64,000 nt of DNA from Chrysomallon squamiferum. Taxonomy: Eukaryota; Animalia; Mollusca. Both the position numbers and the translations under genes were made by a program. Within the stretch, counting starts at the first letter, position 1, and each line of letters begins with the position of its first letter. This document shows positions 14,877-30,997 of this stretch, piece after piece. The notes under the pieces are model-generated. The model was not told where the DNA came from, did not search any database, and was given only the letters and a program-made list of their open reading frames with translations. Location of the stretch: assembly GCA_012295275.1 (NCBI GenBank), contig CM022665.1, forward strand, positions 38,626,001-38,690,000, read 5' to 3'.

Positions 14877-16110
14877 AAAATCTTGCAAAGAGAATTATTA
14901 TTTTTATTTTTATTATTATTATTACTTTTTTAGGTTTTTCAACAGATAATTCAAATTTTACGTGCATATGTAAGCAAGTATGTATGTATGTATGCATGTA
15001 TTTGCATGTTTGTATGTATGTATGCATGCATGCATGCATGCATGCTTGTATGTATGTATGTATGTGTGTGTACGTGCGTTTCTATTAACTTATTTACGTA
15101 TGTATGTAAGTTTGTTTATACGTAGGTATGTATGTACGTACGTATTAATGAATAAATATATGTTTAATACTATAACGAATGCATGTTTCTATTTGTTATT
15201 GCATGCATGGAAACATAAGTGTTTGCTTATATATAAATGTATGTATATAAACTTCTATTTTAAAACTTATTTATTTCAACGACTACGATCAATAAAAAAA
15301 AATCTAAATTAAACGTATCCAAGAAGCTGACTCAAACGTCGACGTGGAGGTCATTTTCCCTTCACTGACACTTGTGGCTGCGACAACTGCAACATCGCGT
15401 GCCTGTCACGACCCTGTCGTCGACGTGACCTATGACTAACAAATGCTGGACCAAGCATCCATAAAACTGACCGTAATAACACATCATAGAAAACTGTCGC
15501 GGACGACAGCTCTCGGTCGAAAACGCATTGTAAAGATTTCACTTTCATCATTAGCGGCAAGCAAGCCTGATCGTCAATATTCACAGCGTATTGATCAGAA
15601 AGACTTGTAAGAGCGATTTAATGTGATCAAATTTGTACATTTCCTTTTTAGTCTATTTCTGTGTGAAGCTCCGAATCGCGTTGCGGTATTTCTTTGATTG
15701 ACAAGGCCTGATAATCCATTTGCCGTCGAGGTGCAAGGCTTTTTTTTTTTTTTTTTTTTTCTGCTAATCGTTTGATTCCGTTCCGCCAAAGCCGCGGTCC
15801 GGTTTCTTTCCATTTTTTTTTTTTCCCTTTGTTTTATCGTTACTTTCTTTAAATTAGTTGTGGTCAGTTTAGCATTCCTATTTAAATTGTATAGTGTGAT
15901 GAGTGTTATGTGGCTTGGATAATGATGATGACGATGATGGTAACGATGACGATAACGATGATGATGATGATGATGATGATGATATGGTTCTGTTCATTCT
16001 GTCATTTATATATATATCTTTAAAGGATGTCGTTTAGGCGGCGTGATTAAAATTAGGACTGTCTAATTAGAAAATGTAAATATATATGTATGACTGTATG
16101 TAATTAGAAA

Positions 16111-16325
16111 ATGTATGTGTATGTATGTATGTATGTATGTGTGTGTGTCTATGTGCATGTATGTATGTATGTATGTGTGTATGTATGTGTGTGTGTGTGT
16201 ATGTATGTATGTGTGTGTACGTATGTATGTGTGTGTGTATGTGTGTGTATGTATGTATGTATGTATGTATGTAGGTATGTGTGTGTGTGTGTATTTAGGT
16301 ATGTGTATGTATATGTATGTGTTTA
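16111..16325. repeat. (TATG)n/(TG)n compound microsatellite
   Basis: Direct reading. Confidence 0.9.
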
Positions 16326-17078
16326 TGGGTGTTTGTATGTTGATATGGCAGTGTATATATATATATACATAGTTGCGTGTCTATGTCTGATTAGTTTATT
16401 CAAACCGTATATTATTAAAGTGTCCTTATGCAAACAGTGTATAATATTTACTTTTTCTCTCTTACTGAACCGGTTCATTTTGTCTGGACACTTTCTGAGT
16501 AATCTTCTGGCTAGAAGCCAGCTTATTTTGCCATCATCACATACATCAGACAACTTACAGGTCTTATAGCATATAAAATTTACATTTTACTTTATTGATT
16601 AACCAACCCATATTTCATAGTTCAGATGGAACAATATTTAGAGTGTAAAGAGTGATATGATATTATCAGTATTAAGATATTAAATAACTATGTTTGTAGT
16701 TTGATAGTCTGATAGATTAAAAAGGTCATGGATAGAATATCATATATATCATATATACACAGTAATTATATATATGACATTCTACCCATATATATATATA
16801 TATATAGTATGTATGTATGTATAATGGTGATGATGAAGATGGTAATAATAATAATAATAACTATGATGATGATAACGTTAATGACACAAATAATAACGAT
16901 AACAACAGCAACAAATGTAATAAATATGTGAATAAATAAATAAAAATGAAAATAAAAAAAAAAAAAATAAAATTTAAATTAAAAAAAAAAAATGCAACAA
17001 ATGTTAAAGAAATAAAACAAAATAATAATAAATTAAAAAAATTAAATTAAATAAAATAGAGAGATAAAATAAAATTAA

Positions 17079-17116
<38 letters not shown>

Positions 17117-18407
17117 AAAAAAAATAATAATAATAAAAAAAGAAGAACAAAGAATAATAATAATAATTTAAAAATCGATATAAGAATAATAGCTGTCGAA
17201 AACGTAGATAAACAGGGGTACCTAAACAAAAACAATACTCAGACAGATAAATGCATAGGCAGAGAAAAATGTATTCATGCATATAATTTATGCGTACATA
17301 CCAAAACGCATACACGTACACACGCACGCACACACACCATACATACATATATACATAAATACATACATATATACATATATACAGGCACACTGATCCACAC
17401 ACAGATATCAATAACAAACATAACAGTATCGAAAGAACAAAATCCGAGCTTAAAACTAATTTTCTGTTCACTCTATTAATCATGAATAGGGTTGACTTCG
17501 AAATAAAAAAAAAAAAAATAAAATAAAATAAAAATGCATGAATAAATGAATGAATAATCAAATAAATCAATAATAATAAAAATAAATACACAAAAGAAAT
17601 TAATAAAACGACAAAAAAAAAAAAAATAAAATAAATAAAATAAATAAATAAAAATAGAAACAGAAAAGAAATGAATAGTAAAAAAAAAAAAAAAAAAAAA
17701 AAAAACAACAAAAAAAAACACGACAGAAAACATCACTTGCAGTGATCTCGATTAACAAAACATTTCTTTTCCTTTCATCTGTCTCGCAGTCGACATCTCT
17801 TTTAAATAATTATTTCACTAAGCGACTGTTTGTTCCTTTGGGATTCCTCACTTTTTCTTTTTCGCATCTCCGTCCCCGGCCATTCTTTCCTGAATTCCGT
17901 ACAAAATTCGTTTTGTGTTACGGCAGATACTGTAAGCACTTTGATTTCTTAAACTAATTTATATTGCCGCTGAAGTATATGCCCACTTTACAAGCTGCTA
18001 ACAGAAATGGTTTTGAGGTTCTCGCAGCAAAGTGGAAAATTTGACCACAATAATTTGATCTCTGAGCTGATGTATTGACCCGCCGGGTAATTTCTTCGCG
18101 AGGCAATTTGTATCAATAGTTTAACTCGAAGAACAAGTCATTTGATAAAACTTTGTGAATTGAATTTAAACGAGAATTACGTTCGTGGAAAGCCCGCCTT
18201 GGTATGTTTGATGCATGTGTTTAAAGTGATAACAAAACTGAGAGTTTAATTTGCGCTGGAAACGAAGTTTAAAGTGTTGCCTGTTTTCGTTTTAAGTAAA
18301 ACAAAAATAACGTTTTTTTTTTTTTTTTTTTTTTTATTATTATTTTTTTATGACAATAATCTCAATGCTGGTATTTATATAAGATTACTGTATCATATTG
18401 CTTGGGC

Positions 18408-18616
18408 TATGTATGTATGTATGTATGTATGTATGTATGTGTGTATGTAGCTATGTTTGTATGTATGTTTGTATGTATGTATGTATGTATGTATGTATGT
18501 ATGTATGTATGTATGTATGTATGTATGTATGTATGTATGTATGTATGTATGTATGTATGTATGTATGTATGTATGTATGTATGTGTGTATGTAGCTATGT
18601 TTGTATGTATGTGTGT
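18408..18616. repeat. (TATG)n microsatellite with a duplicated interruption GTGTGTATGTAGCTATGTTTG
   Basis: Direct reading; the interruption occurs at ~18439 and ~18583. Confidence 0.9.
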
Positions 18617-19069
18617 ACGTCTTTGCCGGTACGTGTGTGTAAATATGTGTCAATTTGTCGGCCTGGAACCTGTATGCATCTGTATGCATCTCTATGCATT
18701 AAACCAGAATTACTAAATATGCGCTACTCTGTAACACAGAATAGTAATTATTATTTATTTAACTAACATAGGGCAGTTATAGGAGACGCTTTATAGCATA
18801 TGTCCTTCTCTCACACGAACACACTTTAACTATTATTATCTCTCTCACACACACACACGCACGCACACCACAAACACATATATATATATATATATATATA
18901 AAATCAATACTTATTTTTAGTTTCATACATATTAAAACATTTTATTGCACAAAGTGTGAAAAAAAAAAGATCTTATGAGTCACTCTAACGTATTTGTACT
19001 GTAAAATTATATAATAGAAAAAAATAATTTGAAAATTGATGTGTACATTAATCGCATAGTAAGTTGACA

Positions 19070-19105
<36 letters not shown>

Positions 19106-19275
19106 TATTAACTGTGACAGATGTGAAGTTTGCGGTGACTAATACTAGTTGAATTTTTATTTATTTATTTATTTATTTATTTATTGACCGGTGTGAACAA
19201 TAATAATAATATTAATTACGTACTACTACTGCTACTACTAGTAGTAGTACTTGTAATAATAAATACAGAAATACA

Positions 19276-19311
19276 TAAATAAATAAATAAATAAATAAAT
19301 AAATACATACA

Positions 19312-19370
<59 letters not shown>

Positions 19371-19379
19371 ACAAACAAA

Positions 19380-19414
<35 letters not shown>
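19276..19414. repeat. (AAAT)n microsatellite
   Basis: Direct reading. Confidence 0.95.
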
Positions 19415-19953
19415 AAGAAACCACCTCTTTCCTACGTCAGAACAAACATCTGAAGCTAAGAGAGGGAAACTGTTCATTGTGTACTCGGCTAATGACGGTA
19501 TCACTTTTCATAATTGAAATCTGCTTGAAAACGACGTCTGTAAATGTGATTAATTACAGCAGCCCAAGAAAAGTATGTGGTTAACTCTGGTGATACGGCG
19601 TCTGTTACGTAATCAACATGTTCTCTGAATTATTTACATAGAGCGCGGCAGTTTTACTGCCGTATGAAATTAGAATGACTCATGCCGTCTGTAACCGGTG
19701 CTAAAAAGAATGAATAAATTTATAAAGGTAAAAAATTAAAACGACAAAAAAAAAATCACTGGCCCCATTTATCTGCGACTTTCGTAATGTCGAGAAGCTT
19801 TTGCGGCAGAGAAGTTACGTAAAATCTATCAGAACTGGAATTTATTGAGATACAGGGAGAAAAAAAAAAATATATAAATAAAAAAAAAAAAAAAAATAAT
19901 AATAATATAAGTTTGGAGAGTTTTATAAAATAAATTGATTTTAAATATATTCA

Positions 19954-19996
<43 letters not shown>

Positions 19997-20438
19997 GAGA
20001 TATTGTTATTATTGTTGTTGTTTTCTGTTTTTTGGTTATTCTTCATTTTTGTTCTTGTTAAACTGTGTTGCTGATGCTGCTGTTTTCTTTTTTTCGTCTT
20101 CTTATTATATATATATATCATTATTTCTATTGATGAAAATTATTCAGATTTTCAGTGTTTTAGCAAGCATACGAAAAGCACTGCCCTTCCCTTTTTTTAG
20201 AACAGTCGATCCTAACCTACATCGGCTGTTGTCGTCGTTAATGAATGTCCAACCCTTATACGCGCAGGCAGCCTCGATACCATGACAACAAAATGTTGTT
20301 TTCAGTGTTTTCTCTCTGTGGTCATACTTCACTGGTTACCTGGTTTTCAAGAATTATGTTTTGTTAATAAACCCATTCATATGCACTAAAACTGTTTTAG
20401 TGATCATTTTGAATTGATGTTTAATTAGTTAAATAGAA

Positions 20439-20469
<31 letters not shown>

Positions 20470-20620
20470 CGAAACATGAATGAGAAAAACAAAACGATGG
20501 AAAACCAACAAAAAAAACAAAACAAAAAACAAATAAAAAAAATAAAAAATAATAACATTAATAATAAAATAATAATAAAATAAAAAAAAAAAAAAAATAA
20601 ATAAAAATAAAAAATAAATA

Positions 20621-20664
<44 letters not shown>

Positions 20665-21179
20665 CCACAACAAAATAATAACTAAAAGAAAAAAAAAAAA
20701 AAAAAAAAAGTCAAAATACAAAACAATAATAACGAAAGGCTTTGTGAATAACATTTAATTTCACCGTTATTATAAAATGTTAACATTTTTAGTCTGATAA
20801 TTTCTTTCTTCTTTCTTTTTCTTTTCTTCTTTCTTTCTTTTGTTTGTTGTTTTCTTATTTTTGTATGTTGTTCTAACAAACATGACCCTGAAATGTCATA
20901 ACTTGCATTATTTTTGTACAAAATCGGAATTAATTTTTTAATATACATATTTTTTTTTTTTAATTCAAATACGATTAAAGCAGAAACCTAACTGTGAGTA
21001 TTAACCATCCTTGGCAGGTGCAATGGATTTGTTTGCTTTTTAATCCGACTTAGAGTTTAGCTACCTATGGCGTGGCCATTTTAATAATGCCACAATGTTT
21101 TAAATCCTTGCATCCGAATTATCTCGAACCGGTAAACCTTTTGATTGATTTTCGAGAGAAAGATTGATAAAGAAAGGGG

Positions 21180-21182
<3 letters not shown>

Positions 21183-21270
<88 letters not shown>

Positions 21271-21286
21271 AGAGGAGAGAGGGAGA

Positions 21287-21322
<36 letters not shown>

Positions 21323-21354
21323 TAGCGAGGAGAAGAGAAGAGAGAGAGAGAGAA

Positions 21355-21421
<67 letters not shown>

Positions 21422-21435
21422 CGAGAGAGAAGAGA

Positions 21436-21469
<34 letters not shown>

Positions 21470-21544
21470 AAGAGCAAGAGAGAGAGAGAGAGAGAGAGGG
21501 AGGGAGGAGGGAGGGAGGGAGAGAGAGAGAGAGAAATGGCGAGA

Positions 21545-21589
<45 letters not shown>

Positions 21590-21668
21590 GGGCAGTCACA
21601 GATGGATATACAAAGAGATAAGAGAAAAGAAAAGCGAAGGTGAGAAATTATGTGTCTGTGTGTGTGTT

Positions 21669-21752
<84 letters not shown>
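21183..21752. repeat. Long interrupted (AG)n polypurine tract with a (TG)n segment
   Basis: Direct reading. Confidence 0.95.
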
Positions 21753-21756
<4 letters not shown>

Positions 21757-22053
21757 AGAAAAATCATATAAGCGTGCGAGAGAAATAAACAGAAGACAGA
21801 AGCGCGAGAGAGAATGCTATAAAGAGATGATTTTACTGAAAACTGAACGACAGGAGGGATGAATACTCTTAGAAGCAGGTAAGGACTGATAAACCAGATA
21901 GGACACTGTTAGAAAATAGAAGAATTTAACATCCTGAATAGAAATATTAAAATGTCAAATATTTCATTTTGATTCAAATATTTTCGGTTTTGCAGTTAAA
22001 CTGGCTTTTTCTTCCTATCTCTCTTCATGTTCAAAAAAGTTGAAACTACGACA

Positions 22054-22117
<64 letters not shown>

Positions 22118-23611
22118 ATAATAAATAACAATAATAATAATAAAAATTGTAATTATAATAATAAAGATTCGAAAGATTTATGTTCAGTTTTTCAGGTAAA
22201 ATTTGTATATTGCATAAATTCAATTATTTCTTCGGTAAACAGCTAATTGTTTTTGTATTGGAAATCTCTGATTCAGTCAGTCTAACTGTTACACACACAT
22301 TTTCAGTGATTAACAGTTCACTGAACTGAGAGATGTATCGTTTCAGAATAATTTCTAGAAAATTATTAACTGTAGGTCAACGACGTATTACATCCATGAC
22401 GAATTAATATTATTTATATTTATTTTCCCCGAGTAAAGCAACAAAATGCTCTTATAGACATTGAACTGACTGATATTAACTAGATATTTTTAAATAATAA
22501 TCTTTTGTTAGGGCAGTGACATTATTAATACATGTATTATAAATTAAAACCAGAGAAGAAAACGTCTAAAGACTAAAACATAGAATGGTGTTTCAGTTTC
22601 AGATCTTTTCGAAATGTATGTATATTTACCATAAAAATGCATAAATAACAGCAAAATATATCTAAAGACTGACTGAATGCGACACAAATTTGATTATCTA
22701 AGGTGCTTCCAGACGTTTAGTTTAGAATTATAAATAAAGAAAAGAAAGAAAGAGCTAAAACGAATATATTAAAATTAAACTGTAAATGTGTGTGTGTAAC
22801 TGTATCATCAGCAAATCGTAAAAGTCCGACAATTTCAACTGCCGTATTTCTTTAGACTTTTCTCTTCCTTTCTTTCCTATTTCCCTTTCCTTTCTTCTTT
22901 CGTTCCTTGCTTTCGTAATTTTTTTTTTTTTTTTTTTCTTCATTCCTTCAGTTTATTATATTCTAACAATAAAATAACTTATATGAGACGTCCTAATCGA
23001 CATTTTACCTCCCCCGTGCATTTTATTAGCTCCGCACCTTCCCCTTTACGTTCCTTTTCCACAGTATTCTTACCTAATCCTATCCCAAGAAGAAAAACAC
23101 ACAAAACACACACACACAAACACACACCATTTGCCCTATAACACTATCAGCTGATTTACCAACAACCCTCCCTCCTATTTTTGCTTTCTTCAAAGCCGTG
23201 TATCTTCTCCCGGCAAATTGCTAATTAATCGGATATCTCGACTTTTCTGTCAATTACAAGACAGTGGCACCAACTTACAGGAAACAGAACAACTGCAGCG
23301 CCTCCCTAGACATAGTACAGGTGCGACAGAACACTGGTCAACCGAATCATCTATCTATCAAACACAAATACTGGCACTGCGGATTCCCTTATCGCGCGTA
23401 TTTCATGTTCACGATTGCACCCTCGGGGTTTCTCGTTCACTCGGAGAATATTGCTTCCGTGTCGGTCAGCCTAAGTCGCATGTTCGTTATGTAACCTGCC
23501 TGAAAACCTTTGGAACTGTTTCTCAGTGAAGCTTTTTACCTAGAGTAAATAAGGGTAGTCTCTTCTCTGTAACTGTGTATGTATATATAATTAGAGAGAG
23601 GAGGGTACCCA

Positions 23612-23753
<142 letters not shown>

Positions 23754-23896
23754 CTCGTATGTATCTTTTAATAGATTTCGATGATTTATATGTAAGCCGA
23801 ATTAAATAATCACTGTAACGGCAAGATATAACGATTAGTTTAAGTAACGTCAGTATACATTTCTGTATTTCAGTCACACTGACCAAAATCAATTTT

Positions 23897-23930
<34 letters not shown>

Positions 23931-24342
23931 ATATATATATGTATCTTACTTGCGTAACGGAACTTTCTGTATTTCATTTCAATTTTTCGCTACTTTGATG
24001 AAATTTACTTTAGTGTCTAGTTTAGATGTTAAAAGGCCATTTTGAAAACGATTTTCGTTTCAAAAATAAATAACAAATAAACTGTATTTTGTATAGTTTT
24101 TTTTAATGCGAAAACGAAATCAATACACGAGAATCTACTAATCTAGAAAGCAGTAAGTTGAGAAATAAAATGGTTAATTTGATTACATTTTTATATTAAT
24201 TAGGATTGCATCGTCAAAGAAACAATTGGTTTCTGTCTTAAGATAGCCTCATTGCATACGCACCATTCAAATTGTCGTAGGATAAACCTGATGTATTAAT
24301 AAAGAGTAACCAGTTATTCAGTGTATATATATATATACATAC

Positions 24343-24403
<61 letters not shown>

Positions 24404-24664
24404 GGATTATTACAGACGACCCTTCCATGTTACCTAGATTTGAATTATCAATGTATGCAAATTAGGTTTTGAATAGTTGTTTAATTTTTTTAATTCTTTA
24501 TTTTTTTCCACCGCAGATTATTATTTATTTATTTATTGGTTATTTAAGTCACAAAATAATATAAACATCATAACGAAGCTGAATTAAAAAAACACATCAT
24601 CATCAAGAATAATAATAATTTTTTTTTATTTCTGAAAAGATTATTTACAAAAAAAGATATGAAG

Positions 24665-24703
<39 letters not shown>

Positions 24704-25203
24704 AGAAGAAGAAACAAAAAAAAGAAAAAGGAAAAATAAGAACAGAGCTTGATATTATTCATATTGCAATGTACTGTAATGCATTTTGAATGGTTGCCAG
24801 GAGACGCTCTAGCCGTTGAAATACATTACGTCAAAGCCACCTGTTGGTTACCAGCAAGACTGTTTTATTAAAGAGATAAAATACTCTACAGCAGTTACAA
24901 AGATCGCCATAGAGCCCTTTTTATTCTATTCAGTTATTTAATTTATTTTCATAAAAATAAAATTGTTAATGAACACATACGTAATACAGCTCGTGCAATA
25001 TCCATAACAACAATAAAATGTAAACTACAACACTGACAAAAATATCAATGAGATAGGGAGAGAGATAAATATAGGCCTATATATAGACATACAGAAAGGC
25101 AGACATAATGATGTAGATAGATAGATAGACAAACAGATAGAGAGAGCCATAAAGATATAGATATATAAATAGATAGATGGCTATCATTTAAAAAGAAGAA
25201 GCG

Positions 25204-25246
<43 letters not shown>

Positions 25247-25481
25247 ACCTTCAGCTGTATCCATATTGGTTTTGTCTATTAAAGAGTATCAGTCATTTCT
25301 ACGGCTGTTGTTTATTTAAATTCCCTACTTCGTCATGTAAACATCAATACCAGAAACTGAAATCTCTTTTACTGGAATTCGGCACAGTTGCCCCTAGAGC
25401 CAAAAGGTGGAAATCTGCCAACTGTTTAGCAGAAGGGCAGAAATAAAAATTATGAGATAGAGACAGATAGATAGACACACA

Positions 25482-25570
<89 letters not shown>

Positions 25571-25992
25571 ACTGGGAAGCAGAAAGAGGAAAACAGAGAC
25601 AGATATAGACAGAAAAAGTTAAGCCAAACAGTGTGACACTTATGTCTGTGAACTCGAGGTTACGGAATGAGTCATATTTGTGCGAACAGCTGTCGTACGT
25701 GTTTCTACTGGTTCTGTAATATATCTAATTTCCACGGGAACCGGAATACTGTTAAAAATGTAACCAACAGCTTACATGTAAATACCAAAAGCGGCAACAT
25801 CACTAATATAATTTAGTTATGATTTTATTTTATTTTATTTTATTTTATTTATTTATTTATTTATTTGTTTGTTTGTTTGTTTGTTTGTTTGTTTGTTTAT
25901 TTTATTTGTTTGTTTGTTTGTTTGTTTATTTATTTTATTTGTTTGTAATTCTTTTAAAAGTTTAAAAAGTTATATTGAATTGATCATTGCTT

Positions 25993-25993
<1 letters not shown>

Positions 25994-26063
<70 letters not shown>

Positions 26064-26182
26064 CATCAGCAGCAGCAGCAGTAGCAACATTATTATTATC
26101 ATTATCATTATTATTATTATTATCATCATAAGTATATCTTTCACAGCTTTAAAACAATGGAACAATTTACTATTATTATAAC

Positions 26183-26233
<51 letters not shown>
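25994..26233. repeat. (AAT)n/(ATT)n trinucleotide tract
   Basis: Direct reading. Confidence 0.9.
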
Positions 26234-26234
<1 letters not shown>

Positions 26235-26327
26235 TTTTTTTTTTTTTATTTATCTTGGAGTTTTCAGGTATCAAAGACTATAGCAACAAAGTAAATTCAC
26301 GAAATATATGCAAGCACGCAAAATCCA

Positions 26328-26399
<72 letters not shown>

Positions 26400-28488
26400 C
26401 AGTCAGAAAAAAAAAAAAAAAAAAAAAATTCTGTTAAGAACTGAAGTCATCATCTAACCCAATTGGACAACGATCAAAAATAAATTAAGAAAAAAAAAAA
26501 TCAAGTGTACAGAATTTCTCCGCGAACTTTCCATTCTTATCAAAGAGAAAGCCTCACTTTCTAAATTTACCCACACTTCGTGAAGAAGAGAGGATCTCGC
26601 TGCGAGTCGAGATATAAATATCTTTATTACGGCTTGCACTGCTTTTCTGTGCTTGTCTGATGACAACATGGTCCAGGAATTTACACTCAAAGATCTCTAG
26701 TTGAGCATCATTTCCACTTTTGGCGCGAAGGCAGTGGCGTTCTAGCGAAAGCGAGGCTCGTCGGACATAAAGTCACGTGCCTTTGTTGATATGGACAATA
26801 TTAGTCTTTAAAAAAGAATGTTCTTTCCGAATTGTGACTGTTTTTTTGTTGTTATTATAATTTCTACAGATTTTTATTAACGCGGTTTTCAATTTCTTTT
26901 TCAGTTTTGCTTACTTTCTCTTTTTCTGACTTTAAATGATACGCAAAGTCATTTTAATTGTAATGCTGTTTTTAAAAAATAAATAAATACAAAATTAAAA
27001 ATAAAATGTTCGTTATAAATAATATTTTTATCGTTGTTTGTTTTATTTATTTATTATTATTATTTTTTATTGGTTTATTATATACACATAACACAAAGTA
27101 AAATAAAATAGCAATTTCAGCACATGCAATTTGTATTTTAATTCAAAAATGTTCTGTCTTATGAACAAAAGTATGAGGCTGAATTTAACTGTCATTATTG
27201 TGTAAGAAAAAAAAAAAAAAAGAAGAACAAATTCTGTCAGTTTGAGTGAAGAAGACAATGTAGTGACAATTTCCAACACAATTAGATCTAGAGACAGACC
27301 GAAGGCTTAACATTTTCGTCTGTGAAGGAACCGTACCATCATCATTCGATCCAAGAACGGAGAATTTCTAAGGAAAATAACTTAACCATTTCGTAAATAA
27401 CGCTCTTCATTTTGAATTACAGTTATTTTGTTTTTAACAAGTCAAAGTATTGGCTGTTTCAAGAAGAACGTTTAAGAACGCGCGGACTTAGACGTGCAGA
27501 GCCAATTAGACTGTTCATAAAGTTTATTCAAACAGGTCACGACACAACACTACAAATTCATAAAGAAATATTAGATAAACGCCTTGAACTCACCCAGCAG
27601 TTCAAGGGAACAGAGTACATTTACCATATTTTCATTTCGTTTTGATGAACGTACGCAATCGTCGGTTATAAAATTGCTATTAAGTGGAGATGATTTTATT
27701 GGTCTGTGCAGTTTTCACGTCATAGGAGGTTTGAAGATTTCTCCGAGGAGTCGCAAGGTTGTCTCTAAATAAAATCGTTTGCACGGTGATCTAATAAACC
27801 AGCTTAATATCGGAATTATTTGGTATTGATAAAAATAGAATTCTTTAATATTGTATTGGTTTGGTGCCTGTGGTGGTGGGGTTCGGACGTTTTTCGTCCC
27901 TTTTTTTCTTTCTTCATTTCTTTTCTCTACTTTCTATCTTTCTTGGATTTTTTTCTGCTATTTTCTTCCTCTTTGTTCATATGCATGTACAAGTGTTATA
28001 GACAAGAGTTTACTAATCTGCATCTACTGGTTCGGAAATTTCTGTGTGTTAAGAATCCTGTTAGTGACTGGTAATCATTACTTTCCTAACCAGATGCTTG
28101 GACATGTAACGCGGCATTAGCGCGGTATCAAAAGTGCTTGTTTGTATATATATAATATATACTATATATATACGTGTGTATGTATGTATGTATATGTATG
28201 TATGTATATGTATGTGTGTGTGTGTTGTGTGCATGTATATTTTTTTGATTATGTGAGTACGTGTTCGCATACTCGTACATCATGGGTATAAATGTGTTTG
28301 TGTTTATCATTACCAATGCATTTTATATTCCTTTCTTTCTTTCTTTATTTGTATCGTTTACTTTATTTTATTTTAATTAATTTATTAATTTATTTCGTGA
28401 TGGTATGCTTTTGTATGTTTTTCATATTTTTTTTTTTTTTTTTTTTTTTTTTCTTTTCTCTATGTATTTTTCTCTTTTACATAACAAA

Positions 28489-28529
<41 letters not shown>

Positions 28530-29439
28530 CTATAGACAGGTCATTTATCTCTTTCGTTTTTACGACTTAGCCATCACTTTTGAGCTGACGATCATACATC
28601 AGTTGACTGTTACCGTTAACATTAGCTTCAGTGACAAACACACACAAAAAAAAAAAAAAAAAAAAAAATGAAATTAAAATAAAAATAAAACACAGGAAAA
28701 ATGACACTTGGTCTCAAACCACTGGTCATCAATGGCCTTGTTCAGTCCAGAAATCCCGTTTTCATAATTCTGTTTTAATAATAAATGAAGTATGTGACAC
28801 TGTCCCGTTATACATGAAATCAACGTCCAGTCAGGCGCAGCCAAATCGAACTAACGGGATTAAGTCATTGTGGGGATATACACAACGTTTTCTCGTTCTT
28901 TGAACATCGATTTCGCTATCAATTGGCTATGACGGAATAATCGCATCCTCTGACAGACTTTGCTAATCGATAAATATATGGTTCAGCAATAATCGTAACT
29001 CACACACCACAGTGATCGAATGGTTCGACTTGGTAAAAGTGAACGTCATGATTTTAGGAAACAAAATTGAGGGTCTCTCGTAGAGGCCTTGTTTGGGTCA
29101 AGCAAAGAAAATTAAAGTCAGAAGGTTTATATAGATATATTTTACAGCGATTGGTTTTTATTTTGTTCCGTAATTATATTGATATGTATTTTTATGAATC
29201 CTTAAGTGTATTTTTTTGCAGTTCCCTCCTATTTTTATATAAATGTCATAATATTTTACTGACGATACTTTAATTACTATTTGTGCTGGTGTCATAATAC
29301 TGTAATGACAGGCATATTGTGTATTCGAAAGTGATATAAAGTTACTTTGAAGAAGGATCTGACATCTTATCAATGTATACCGAGCATAAAAAATTAATAT
29401 TTTATATTTTGTTATATTTGAGCATCATAAACCGTATAC

Positions 29440-29504
<65 letters not shown>

Positions 29505-30745
29505 GAATTAAGTAATATTTCAGTATATTTTATTATCGAGTCTATTAGGCGTGAATATATGGTTTTGTGTTTAATGTTGATAAACGGGAGAAGCCAATGC
29601 AACTCATGGGCTGCTGCTCGTAACAGAGAATTCAAAACTAAGTCTGTGTTATACAATTAGTGTCAGTCTTGGGATACCTCAGCACATTAATTTTCATTCA
29701 CCACACAAATCAGTGAACGATGGATTTTTAACGACCCGTGGATACAAAGAAAACATTCATTGATTAATTGTTGTCAACAGAATGATAAAAAATGACTTCT
29801 CAGAGTACTAATGTCAGAAAAAAAATATTCCTCAAAGAACTATTACCCTAGAACAAGAACAAAAACAATATATATATATGTATATATGTAGATATTTTTT
29901 TTTTTTTTTTTTTAATGAAGAAGAAGATAAAAAGCAACTTTGTGCCATTAATATTTTACAAAGTTAATCATAAATTTTATTGTTTTGCAAGAATCTGTTC
30001 ATAATTAATTGAAATTTGGTCGTTATTTGAATATCAGTGGAGATTGCAGTCGAGTTCCAAATGTTATGTCATGATTGTGTTGGGATTGTCGAGGCTTTTA
30101 GAAGGTTGTTTTTTTTTTTATTATTATTATTTTTTTTATTTCTTTATAACATTACAAAATTTAAAAAGTTATAAAAATAAAAATAAAACGTGTTTAAGGT
30201 GTGTCTTTCTTTCTATGTTATCGAATTTATCAGACTAAACGTCTGAACAGGTGTTTTTTTGTTGGTTTTTTTCCAGATGGCTAAATAACAAACCAGTACT
30301 ATTGCACACAAACATATGCATTTATATGTTTTGAACAGCTTTAAAGAAACAACATGTTTTTTTTATGTTTTTTTCAATTGGCAAAAGTCGCCAGGAAATT
30401 ACGTAAATGATTACTTTAAACAAAAAGAGCGAGGGAACGGTATAAGAAAAATAATCACTGTAGGTAGATTCCCGCTCCCTCGTCGAGGATAGGTAACAGT
30501 CTGAAGATGTGGTAACGTGGGAGCGTTTAATTACTGAGTGTATATGAGAAATTAAGTTTTATTATGTATTTAGACACCCAGGCACCAAGGTAAGCTGTTA
30601 GTGTAACGTACACCACGGAGGCCAATAAACCACTGCTACAAATAAGTGAATCGTTTTTCTTTCTTTTCTTTACTATCTCATAAAAAAACAACAATTCTTA
30701 TAAATGTGTATTCATCGACATAAACGCTTTCCGTCTCTTCTGTAG

Positions 30746-30849
<104 letters not shown>

Positions 30850-30966
30850 CACACACACATACTCACTCTCTATCTCTGTCGCTCTTTTCCTCTCTTTCTC
30901 TCTCATTTCGTTTTTGTCTCAAATGTAATTTTATTTAAATTTTAAAAAAATGTAAAGAAATTAAAC

Positions 30967-30997
<31 letters not shown>

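Noticed and set aside
23218-23529. Overlapping 103-aa and 76-aa ORFs in a long unique island
   Set aside because: No recognisable protein motif and no clear acceptor/donor pair, so it is more likely non-coding. A BLASTX or RNA-seq check could overturn this.
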